Shown here: one piece after another, positions 8,428-15,926 of the stretch | Numbering within the stretch: the first letter of the stretch is position 1 | How the letters are laid out: the number at the start of each line of letters is the position of its first letter | Assembly (NCBI GenBank): GCA_021295955.1 | Contig: JAGWBJ010000004.1 | Span: forward strand, 1-32,000 | Source: Dehalococcoidia bacterium | Lineage (GTDB): Bacteria; Chloroflexota; Dehalococcoidia; Lucifugimonadales; JAGWBF01 | Length of the DNA: 32,000 nucleotides | Direction of reading: 5' to 3' | Translations under genes and position numbers: made by a program | The notes under the pieces: generated by a model | Database searches by the model: none | What the model saw: only the letters and a program-made list of their open reading frames with translations | Told to the model about the DNA's origin: nothing

Positions 8428-10206
8428 ATGGGCTCTAGAAACTACGACTTCGCGATGGGCATCGGCGGGGAGGCCGGACAGGGCATCGCCACTCCCGGCG
8501 ACATCCTGGCCCGGATATTCGTCCGCCGCGGCCTTCATCTCAATACCTACAACGCCTACCAGTCCATCATCCGAGGCGGGCACATCTTCCTAGTGGTGCG
8601 CGTCTCCGACGAGGAGCTGTACAGTCACGGGGACTCCATGGACCTGCTGCTGTGCCTGAACCAGGACACGATGGACCGCCACCTGGGCCTCATGGGCAGG
8701 GGAAGCCGTGTCGTGTACAACGGCGACAACATAAAGCCGGGAGACGCCCAGGAGGGCGCTCACCTGTGCCCGCTGCCCGTGGGAGAGCTTACCAACAGCC
8801 GCAACCGCCTGATGCAGAACACCGTGGCCGTGGGGTCCATCATATCCCTGATGGGGCTGGACTTCAGCATCCTGGAGGACAGCCTCAGGCTGCGGTTCGC
8901 GCGCCAGGGCGAGTCGGTGGTGGAGGAGAACGTCAGGGTGGCCCGGGCCGGGTACGACTACGCCGAGTCCAACTTTGAGCCCTTCCCCAAGGCCGCGCCC
9001 ATGGGCTCAACGCCCCAGGCGGTCTGGTCGGGCAACGAGGCCCTGGCCATGGGCGGGGCGGCGGCCGGGGTGAAGTTCTACGCGGCCTACCCGATGAGCC
9101 CCTCCACCGGAGTGCTCCACTGGATGGCCCAGAACGCCCGCAACCTGGGCATCATGGTACGGCAGGTGGAGGACGAGGTCGGCGTCGCCAACATGACCAT
9201 CGGCGCCGCCCACACGGGCGTCCGGGCCATGTGCGCCACCTCCGGAGGCGGGTTCGCCCTGATGACCGAGGCCGTGGGTAGCGCCGCTATGATGGAGATC
9301 CCGGTGGTGTTCATCGACGTCCAGCGGGCCGGCCCCTCCACCGGGGTGCCCACCAAGACGGAGCAGGGGGATCTGTGGCAGGTCCTGGGCGCCAGCCAGG
9401 GAGACTTCGAGCGGTTCATCGTTGCTCCTAAGGACGCCCTGGACGCCTTCAACACCGTCCCCGAGCTTTTCAACCTGGTGGACAAGGCCCAGTGCCCCGG
9501 GATAGTCATATCCGACCTGCTGATCTCCGAGGGCAGGTTCAGTTTTGACCCGGCGGACGTGGACATGCAGCCCCAGATCGACCGGGGAGACATTATCATG
9601 GAGCCCTCGGACACCGACGGCTACAAGCGCTACGCCGACACCGAGAACGGCATCTCCCCCCGGGCCTTGCCGGGGTTGGAGGGGTACGTCCACGTGGTCG
9701 CCACCGACGAGCACGACGAGGACTCGGTGCTCATCAGCGACGAGTTCACCAATCCCCACAAGCGCCGGAAGATGGTGGAGAAGAGGGCCCGCAAGTTCCA
9801 GGGGATTGTCAAGGCGGTCGCGCCGCCCGCCATCGAGGGCCCGGCGGACGCCGACGTGACCCTCATCGGCTGGGGCTCCTCCTACGGCGTGATCAAGGAG
9901 GCCATAGGCCAGCTGGCCGACAAGGGGGTTACAGCCAACCAGCTACCGATAAAGTGGATAGTCCCGTTCAACGGCGAGGCCGTCGTCGACATCGTGTCCA
10001 AGTGCAAACGGACCATCGTTGTGGAGAACAACTACTCCGGCCAGTTCTTCAGGTACATGCGCAGCGAGACCGGCCTGAACGTGGACGGACACATCCGAAA
10101 GTACGACGGCGAGCCCTTCATGCCCCACCACATCGTGGACGGGGTGCTGGAGCTGATGGCGGGCAAGACCACGTGCTACGTGCCCTATCAGGAAGTCATG
10201 GTATAA
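8428..10206 (+). CDS. korA: 2-oxoacid:ferredoxin (acceptor) oxidoreductase, fused gamma-alpha subunit
   Basis: N-terminal POR gamma-type domain (GGEAGQGI...), then the alpha domain (AAYPMSPSTG, EDEVGVANMTIGAAHTGVRAMCATSGGGFALM, QRAGPSTGVPTKTEQGDL). SD AAGGAGGGG upstream. Confidence 0.85.
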   Translation: MGSRNYDFAMGIGGEAGQGIATPGDILARIFVRRGLHLNTYNAYQSIIRGGHIFLVVRVSDEELYSHGDSMDLLLCLNQDTMDRHLGLMGRGSRVVYNGDNIKPGDAQEGAHLCPLPVGELTNSRNRLMQNTVAVGSIISLMGLDFSILEDSLRLRFARQGESVVEENVRVARAGYDYAESNFEPFPKAAPMGSTPQAVWSGNEALAMGGAAAGVKFYAAYPMSPSTGVLHWMAQNARNLGIMVRQVEDEVGVANMTIGAAHTGVRAMCATSGGGFALMTEAVGSAAMMEIPVVFIDVQRAGPSTGVPTKTEQGDLWQVLGASQGDFERFIVAPKDALDAFNTVPELFNLVDKAQCPGIVISDLLISEGRFSFDPADVDMQPQIDRGDIIMEPSDTDGYKRYADTENGISPRALPGLEGYVHVVATDEHDEDSVLISDEFTNPHKRRKMVEKRARKFQGIVKAVAPPAIEGPADADVTLIGWGSSYGVIKEAIGQLADKGVTANQLPIKWIVPFNGEAVVDIVSKCKRTIVVENNYSGQFFRYMRSETGLNVDGHIRKYDGEPFMPHHIVDGVLELMAGKTTCYVPYQEVMV

Positions 10207-10219
10207 GAGAGGTGACAGG

Positions 10220-11125
10220 ATGGCAGCTACCGTCGGCGTGGCCGAAGGCGAACCCGTTGTACAGCTAACCGCCAAGGACTTCAAGGGACCGGTCGATCCC
10301 GACTGGTGCCCCGGGTGCGGAGACTTTGGGGTCCTGAACAGCCTGCAAAGGGCGTGCGCCTCCCTGGGATTGAGGCCCCATGAGATACTCACCGTCAGTG
10401 GCATCGGATGTTCGTCCAACCTGCCTGGATACTTCAACGGCAACGGCATGCACACCCTCCACGGCCGCGCCCTGGCCGTGGCCACCGGCGCCAAGATGGC
10501 CAACCACGAGCTGACGGTCATCGCCACCGGCGGCGACGGGGACGGCTACGGCATCGGCGGCAACCACTTCGTGCACACCGCCCGCCGCAACGTGGACCTG
10601 ACGTACGTCGTCATGAACAACCAGATTTACGGGCTGACCACCGGCCAGCTCTCCCCTACCAGCAGCATAGGCATGCGCACCAAGAGCTCCCCCTTCGGCA
10701 GTGTGGAGATGCCGGTGAACCCCATCACCTCCGCCATAATGAACGGCGCAACCTACGTTGCCAGGGGGTACTCCGGAGACATCCGGCATCTGACCCAGCT
10801 CATCATCGACGGCATACAGCACGAGGGGTTCGCCCTGGTCGACGTGTTCAGTCCCTGCGTCACTTTCAACCTCGACAACGGACACAGCTTCTTCAAGGAG
10901 CGGGTTGTCAAGCTGGAGGACGAGGAGCATGATCCCACCGACTGGAAGCTGGCCTGCGAAAGGGCCATGGCCTGGGGAGACAAGATCTACACAGGCCTGT
11001 TCTTCAAGGAGGAGATCCCTACCCTGGGCAAGAGGGAGCCGGTGCTGGAGGAGGGCCCACTGGCGTTCAAGTCCCTTGGCCTGACCAAAGAGCAGGGGGA
11101 GAAGATCATCCAGCGGATGCTCTAG
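10220..11125 (+). CDS. korB: 2-oxoacid:ferredoxin oxidoreductase beta subunit (TPP-binding)
   Basis: WCPGCGDFGVL motif, TPP-binding GGDGDGYGIGGNH...MNNQIYGLTTGQ, and DVFSPCVTFN. It starts 13 nt after korA. Confidence 0.85.
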   Translation: MAATVGVAEGEPVVQLTAKDFKGPVDPDWCPGCGDFGVLNSLQRACASLGLRPHEILTVSGIGCSSNLPGYFNGNGMHTLHGRALAVATGAKMANHELTVIATGGDGDGYGIGGNHFVHTARRNVDLTYVVMNNQIYGLTTGQLSPTSSIGMRTKSSPFGSVEMPVNPITSAIMNGATYVARGYSGDIRHLTQLIIDGIQHEGFALVDVFSPCVTFNLDNGHSFFKERVVKLEDEEHDPTDWKLACERAMAWGDKIYTGLFFKEEIPTLGKREPVLEEGPLAFKSLGLTKEQGEKIIQRML

Positions 11126-11160
11126 CATCCCTCTTGGACTCCGCAAGACCCGGACTGCCC

Positions 11161-11188
11161 GAGCCGCCGGCAATACGCCCGGCGGCTC
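11161..11188 (+). terminator. Perfect 10-bp GC-rich stem-loop between korB and the E2 gene (terminator/attenuator-like, no U tract)
   Basis: GAGCCGCCGG (11161-11170), an 8-nt loop, then CCGGCGGCTC (11179-11188). A second 6-bp hairpin, CGCCCG-tgaca-CGGGCG, follows. Confidence 0.3.
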
Positions 11189-11260
11189 CGCCCTTGGTGT
11201 AGAATCGCCCGTGACACGGGCGGCCCGCCGTCCACCCCATGCCGGAGTCAGGAGGCAACC

Positions 11261-12475
11261 TTGGCGACCCAGATCGTGATGCCGCGGATGAACTACGACA
11301 TGCGGGAAGGCACCGTCGTCCGTTGGCACAAGGCCGAGGGGGACGTGGTGTCCCGCGGCGACGTCATCGCCGAGATCGAGACCGACAAGGCCACCGTGGA
11401 GATGGAGTCCTTCTGGGACGGCATCCTGGGGAGGATAGTCGTCGAGGAGGGGCGCGCCGTCCCCGTGGGAGAGGTGCTCGCGGTGATAACCGAGCCCGGA
11501 GAGGCCGCCCCGCCGGTGGAGTCGTTGCGGTTCCCACAGCCTTCTCCCTCTTCCCAGGGGAGCGAAGAGTCCACCGGCGCCGCTGGGCTAGGCCCGGGAC
11601 CGGAGTCCGCTGCCGATCCTCCCGCTCCACCTTCGGGTGTCAGGGCCAGCCCCATAGCCCGCCGCCTGGCCCGAGAGAGGGGGATCGACCTGGCGGCGGT
11701 CACGGGCACCGGGCCCGGGGGACGGGTGACCGAGACAGACGTGCTGGCCCACCAAGAAGGCCAGCTGGCCCCCGAGGCCGCCTCGGCGGGAGGCAGAATC
11801 GACCTGTCGCGGATGCGCCAGGCCATCGCCGGAGTCACCTCCCGGAGCAAGCGGGAGGTGCCCCATTTCTACGTCACCTCCGAGATAGACATGGACAGGG
11901 CTGTGGACCTGCGGGCTCAGCTCAACGATGCCGTTGGGGACGGACACGGGTCCCGGGTAAGCGTCAATGACCTGATCGTCAAGGCCGCGGCCAGGAGTCT
12001 GGAGAGGTTCCCCAAGTTCAACGCGTCATTCGAGGGCGACCACCTGGAGCTCCATGGGGACGTCAACATCGCCATAGCCGTCGCCCTGGAGGAGGGCCTG
12101 ATCCTTCCGGCCATCGCCGGGTGTCAGAAGAAGTCGCTGCGGGAGATCGCGGCGGCCAGTACCGACCTGGTCCAGCGCGCCCACGGCGGCACGCTGCGGG
12201 CGGAGGAGTACGCAGGTGGCACTTTCGCCGTCAGCAACCTGGGGATGTTCGACGTGGACAGCTTCGCCGCCATCATCTATCCCCCCAACGCCGCCGTCCT
12301 GGCCGTCGGCAGGGTCGCGGAGCAGCCCGTAGTGCGCAACGGCAGGGTGACCGTGGGGCACGTCATGAAGGCCACCCTCTCCGTGGACCACCGGGTAGCC
12401 GATGGCGCCGAGGGAGCGAGGTTCCTGAAGAACGTGAAGGGCCACCTGGAGAACCCGGTGAGCTTGCTGCTCTAG
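11261..12475 (+). CDS. Dihydrolipoamide acyltransferase (E2) with lipoyl, E1/E3-binding and catalytic domains
   Basis: Lipoyl-lysine motif EIETDKATVEMES, PSBD ASPIARRLARERGIDLAAVTGTGPGGRVTETDV, and catalytic DHRVADGAEGARFL. TTG start 5 nt after SD AGGAGG. Confidence 0.85.
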   Translation: MATQIVMPRMNYDMREGTVVRWHKAEGDVVSRGDVIAEIETDKATVEMESFWDGILGRIVVEEGRAVPVGEVLAVITEPGEAAPPVESLRFPQPSPSSQGSEESTGAAGLGPGPESAADPPAPPSGVRASPIARRLARERGIDLAAVTGTGPGGRVTETDVLAHQEGQLAPEAASAGGRIDLSRMRQAIAGVTSRSKREVPHFYVTSEIDMDRAVDLRAQLNDAVGDGHGSRVSVNDLIVKAAARSLERFPKFNASFEGDHLELHGDVNIAIAVALEEGLILPAIAGCQKKSLREIAAASTDLVQRAHGGTLRAEEYAGGTFAVSNLGMFDVDSFAAIIYPPNAAVLAVGRVAEQPVVRNGRVTVGHVMKATLSVDHRVADGAEGARFLKNVKGHLENPVSLLL

Positions 12476-12501
12476 GCATCTGGAGGTCATCCGCACAGAC
12501 C

Positions 12502-13950
12502 GTGTCCACAGGCGACAAGACAGCCCACCCCCGCCGCGTATACCCCCTTAGCACCAAGGACCTGACCGAGGAGCAGATCGCCGTGGTGTTCGCGATGACC
12601 TCCCGGCGGCCAGAGCCCTTCGATGAGATAGCCGAACAGGTGAGCCGGGAGACGGCGGCCAGCTTCCACGAGCGGTGGGTGCTGGGATATGGCCACGCGT
12701 CGGTCGCCGAGCACGCCGTCATACACATGGCCGTGGAGAACGTCTCCCGCCTGGCCTGCGACACCCTGGAGGACAACCGCCTGGGCTCCTACACGGAGAA
12801 GTCCTCCCGCTACCAGCTCCTGCCCTCGGGCTACTACCACGTCCCCGCCGAGCTGGACCCTCATCCGGAGGCTCGGACGCTTTACATAAACACCTGCGAC
12901 CATCTGTCGGGGGCCTACGCGCGGGCCGTGGAGGGCGCTACCTCCCACTTGAAAAGCCGGGTCCCCCAGCGCGATGGGGAGAGGGACTCGGCATACGCCC
13001 TGAGGATCAGGCGTCAGGTCATCGATAGCTGCCGTTTCCTCCTTCCGGCGTCCACGTTGACCAACGTGGGGGTCACCATGAACGCGCGGCTGATGGAGCA
13101 TGCCATCACCAAGCTGCTGTCGTCGGAGCTGGCGGAGGAGCGCAGCCTGGGCGACGACCTGAAGGACAAGGGGAGGGAGGTCACCCCGACCCTCATTAAG
13201 TACGCCGAGCCCAACCCGTACCTGGCGTCCTCCCGGGAGTGGCAGGTACGGTCGTCACCCGGGGGAGGGGAGACCGATGACTGTCATCCAGAGGCCGCGC
13301 TGGTGCGCTACGACGCCCAGGCCGAGCAGAAGGTGGCTTCGGCGTTCCTGTACAGGTCCGCCGGGCTGCCCTACGACCGGGTGTGGCGCATGGTCGAAGA
13401 CATGGACCGCCAGGACCGGGAGAGGGCCATAGACGGCTGCCTGGAGGGGTTGGGCGACCACGACGCGCCCCTCCGGGAGCTGGAGATGGTGGACTACACC
13501 TTCGAGTTCGTCATGGACTACGGCGCGTACAGGGAGTTCAAGCGTCACCGGATGCAGACCTACGTCCCCCAGCCACTGACCGTCGCCAACGGGTACCTGA
13601 CGCCCGACCTGGTGAGAGAAGCCGGTCTCGGGGACCTGTTCGACGAGGCGATGGGGAGCGTGGGTGAGGCTTTCCACAGGTTGTCTGAGGTCTCGGCCTC
13701 CTTGGCCCAGTACGTCGTCACCCACGCCCATCGACGGCGTTTCCTGGCGAGGATGAACCTGCGGGAGTGCTATCACATCTTCAAGCTGCGCACCCAGCCC
13801 CAGGCCCACTTCTCCATACGCGGGCCCGTGGAGGCCGCCATGCGCCAGGCGGTGGAAACCCACCCAGCCCTGTTCAAGCACCTCCGCCTGCGCAAGTTCC
13901 CCGATTGGTGGGGGGACCTGTACGGCGGCGATGCACGGGGAAGGGCATGA
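12502..13950 (+). CDS. ThyX-like (flavin-dependent thymidylate synthase fold) tandem-domain protein
   Basis: N-half GYGHASVAEHAVIHM...SRLACDTLEDNRLGSYTEKSSRYQ resembles the ThyX core and the S-x-R-Y part of the ThyX motif. The C-half carries YREFKRHRMQT plus a second ThyX-like C-terminus (ECYHIFKLRTQPQAH). The start (GTG 12502) is uncertain. The 12121-12475 part of the listed ORF is a shadow of the E2 gene. Confidence 0.55.
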   Translation: MSTGDKTAHPRRVYPLSTKDLTEEQIAVVFAMTSRRPEPFDEIAEQVSRETAASFHERWVLGYGHASVAEHAVIHMAVENVSRLACDTLEDNRLGSYTEKSSRYQLLPSGYYHVPAELDPHPEARTLYINTCDHLSGAYARAVEGATSHLKSRVPQRDGERDSAYALRIRRQVIDSCRFLLPASTLTNVGVTMNARLMEHAITKLLSSELAEERSLGDDLKDKGREVTPTLIKYAEPNPYLASSREWQVRSSPGGGETDDCHPEAALVRYDAQAEQKVASAFLYRSAGLPYDRVWRMVEDMDRQDRERAIDGCLEGLGDHDAPLRELEMVDYTFEFVMDYGAYREFKRHRMQTYVPQPLTVANGYLTPDLVREAGLGDLFDEAMGSVGEAFHRLSEVSASLAQYVVTHAHRRRFLARMNLRECYHIFKLRTQPQAHFSIRGPVEAAMRQAVETHPALFKHLRLRKFPDWWGDLYGGDARGRA

Positions 13951-14048
13951 CTCGTCACCCTGGCGTCGGAGGCTCGGGAGGCCTGGGGCCGGCCCGGTGA
14001 ACCGGCCTCACATGTCATCCCGAGCCGCAGCGGGGAATCTTAGGGCCG

Positions 14049-15134
14049 CTAGGTCAGGTCCCGGACCCTGGGGCCCACCTCCTCGACGAGCAGTCGCATG
14101 GACCTCTGCATCAGGGTGTGGTCGTCGGGGTCTTGGGTAATGGCCAGAAGGCAGCCGAAGCCGCCCACGCTCTCGTAAAGCCGGCGCAGCTTGCCCGCGC
14201 ACTCTTCCGGGTCGCCGACTATCCAGACGTTGTCCATCATGTACTCCACGTCGACCTCTTCGTCGGACATGGACAAGTCCACCTTCAAGGCATCCATCTG
14301 GCCGCTCTCCTTGCGGTTGATCCACTGGTGTTCGTCGAAGGGCCGTCCGAGAACGACCCTGGCCTCCTGGCGGGCGGCCTCGGGGGTCTCGCCAACATAT
14401 ACGTCACGGGCGATGCGCCACCGGCTGCGGTTGGCGGTCCTATCCGCGGCGGCGGCGCCCTCCTCGACCATGCTCCATTGGGCCCTCAGGTCGGGCTCCA
14501 GCAGGTTGGAGCTGCTCATGGGTATCCAACCCCGCTCCCCCGCCAGGCGTATCGTGTCGGAGCGGGGAGTGGATGCCGCGACGCCGATGGGTGGGTGGGG
14601 CCTCTGGTAGGGGCGGTAGTGCAGCCGCCTCTCCAGGGCCGGCTGGGCCTCGGGAGCGTTGACCCTGTAGTAGGCCCCGTCGTACCGGAAGCGGCCGTCC
14701 TCCGAGGCCCATAGCCCCAACACCACCTCCAGGGCCTCCTTTCCCTTGTCCCGCACCGCCGCCATGTCGCTCCGGTCCAACCCGTACAGGTCCAGGTCGG
14801 TGCCGATGGACCGCAGCCCGATGCCCCAGTAGAAACGGCCCCGGGCCATGTGGTCCAGCATGGCTATGCGGTGGGCGGTGTCGACGGGGTGGTGAAGCGG
14901 CAGGAGGGTCACTCCTGTGGCCAGCACTATGCGCTCGGTCAGGGCCAGCGCCTTGGCAATCAGCAGCTCGGGGGCTGGAGCGTTCTCCCACATCTCGGTA
15001 ACGTGCTCGCCGACCCATGCCTCGTGGTAGCCCAGGCGGTCGGCCTGTACGAGGAGCTCCATGTCGCGGTCGTAGGAGTCCGCGAAGGACCTCCTGGGAG
15101 GGTGCAGCGGCATCATGAACAGCCCGAAGTCCAT
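14049..15134 (-). CDS. LLM-class (luciferase-like) flavin/F420-dependent oxidoreductase
   Basis: MDFGLFMMP...LGYHEAWVGEHV N-terminus and overall TIM-barrel LLM pattern, with no other domains. Confidence 0.8.
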   Translation of the reverse strand: MDFGLFMMPLHPPRRSFADSYDRDMELLVQADRLGYHEAWVGEHVTEMWENAPAPELLIAKALALTERIVLATGVTLLPLHHPVDTAHRIAMLDHMARGRFYWGIGLRSIGTDLDLYGLDRSDMAAVRDKGKEALEVVLGLWASEDGRFRYDGAYYRVNAPEAQPALERRLHYRPYQRPHPPIGVAASTPRSDTIRLAGERGWIPMSSSNLLEPDLRAQWSMVEEGAAAADRTANRSRWRIARDVYVGETPEAARQEARVVLGRPFDEHQWINRKESGQMDALKVDLSMSDEEVDVEYMMDNVWIVGDPEECAGKLRRLYESVGGFGCLLAITQDPDDHTLMQRSMRLLVEEVGPRVRDLT

Positions 15135-15176
15135 GGCTCCTCCTTCCCGTATGCCAACCCCGCCTGAAACGTCTGA

Positions 15177-15197
15177 GGCCCCGATTCTTTCGGGGCC
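15177..15197 (-). terminator. Hairpin downstream of the IscA-like gene
   Basis: GGCCCCG (15177-15183), a 7-nt loop, CGGGGCC (15191-15197). It lies 34 nt after the stop on the minus strand. The U tract is weak. Confidence 0.4.
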
Positions 15198-15230
15198 CCA
15201 TCCACTGGTCTTTGCGCTTCTACGAGGTCT

Positions 15231-15599
15231 CTAGTGGCCCCCGCAACCGCCCCCGCCGCAGCCTCCGCCTCCGGCTCCACAGCCGCAACCGCTTCCGCAG
15301 CCTCCCGCTGAGGCGAACATGGGGTTGTTGATGACGAACCCCACCCTGGTGAGGTCCTCTATGTAATCAATGGTCGCGCCTTCCAGGAACGGCTCACTGT
15401 CGGAGTCCATGAGGAACCTAACCCCATCCATGTCCACCGTCGTGTCGTCCTTCTGGACCTCCGACTCCATGGTCATCATGTACTGAACGCCCCCGTGTCC
15501 TGCCGGAACGGCGATCACCCGCAGAGCCGACCCGTCCTCACCCTGTTCGGCAAGCACCTCTTTGATCTTCTCCAACGCTGGAGAAGTCACCTGAAGCAT
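15231..15599 (-). CDS. HesB/IscA-family Fe-S carrier-like protein with an atypical Gly-Cys-rich C-terminal tail
   Basis: A-type carrier fold pattern (TSPALEKIKEVL..., LRVIAVPAGHGGVQYMMT, GVRFLMDSDSEPFLEGATIDYIED, GFVINNP). The tail is ASAGGCGSGCGCGAGGGGCGGGGCGGH. SD AAAGGAG upstream. Confidence 0.7.
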   Translation of the reverse strand: MLQVTSPALEKIKEVLAEQGEDGSALRVIAVPAGHGGVQYMMTMESEVQKDDTTVDMDGVRFLMDSDSEPFLEGATIDYIEDLTRVGFVINNPMFASAGGCGSGCGCGAGGGGCGGGGCGGH

Positions 15600-15658
15600 C
15601 GTGGACTCCTTTCACAGGCGCGCTTGGGGCGTCCTGTTCCCCTGACCTTGGCTGGTGG

Positions 15659-15688
15659 AGGGTAACACAGGCGTTCACGGCGAGTCAA
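15659..15688 (-). promoter_or_regulatory. Candidate promoter for the IscA-like gene
   Basis: On the minus strand: TTGACT (plus-strand 15683-15688), an 18-nt spacer, TACCCT (a TAnnnT -10). It shares the 11-mer ATTGACTCGCC with the glyA promoter candidate. Confidence 0.35.
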
Positions 15689-15893
15689 TACTGCCCCGCC
15701 GCGAGGGGTTGTCAGACCCGGGGCTCGGATCGGACAGTCCCGGAGAAATTGCCCCGTTTTCGTGGTTTTGCCGAATACGTGACCCCCTCACTTTAGGCCC
15801 CTGCCAGCATCCCATTTTCCGCGATGGAGGCACACACGGGAATCGACTTAGCCAGTCGGGGACCGGTGACAGTTTCCCTACACCGGGGTCTCC

Positions 15894-15922
15894 TTGACTC
15901 GGTTTTTAGGGGGTGCTACAGT
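15894..15922 (+). promoter_or_regulatory. Candidate promoter for meaB
   Basis: TTGACT (15894-15899), a 17-nt spacer, TACAGT (15917-15922). The ATG at 15927 lies only 5 nt after the -10, so the transcript is either leaderless or the real start is ATG 15960. Confidence 0.45.
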
Positions 15923-15926
15923 TTTC

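Noticed and set aside
15640-15900. Cobalamin riboswitch upstream of the B12-related meaB gene
   Set aside because: Fragments such as ACTGCCCCGCC and AGCCAG...GACCGG look superficially similar. The B12 box (AGYCMGGAGACCKGCC), the GGGAA...GGUG.GAA core and CCACUG are not present on either strand with correct spacing. The TPP core CUGAGA is also absent.
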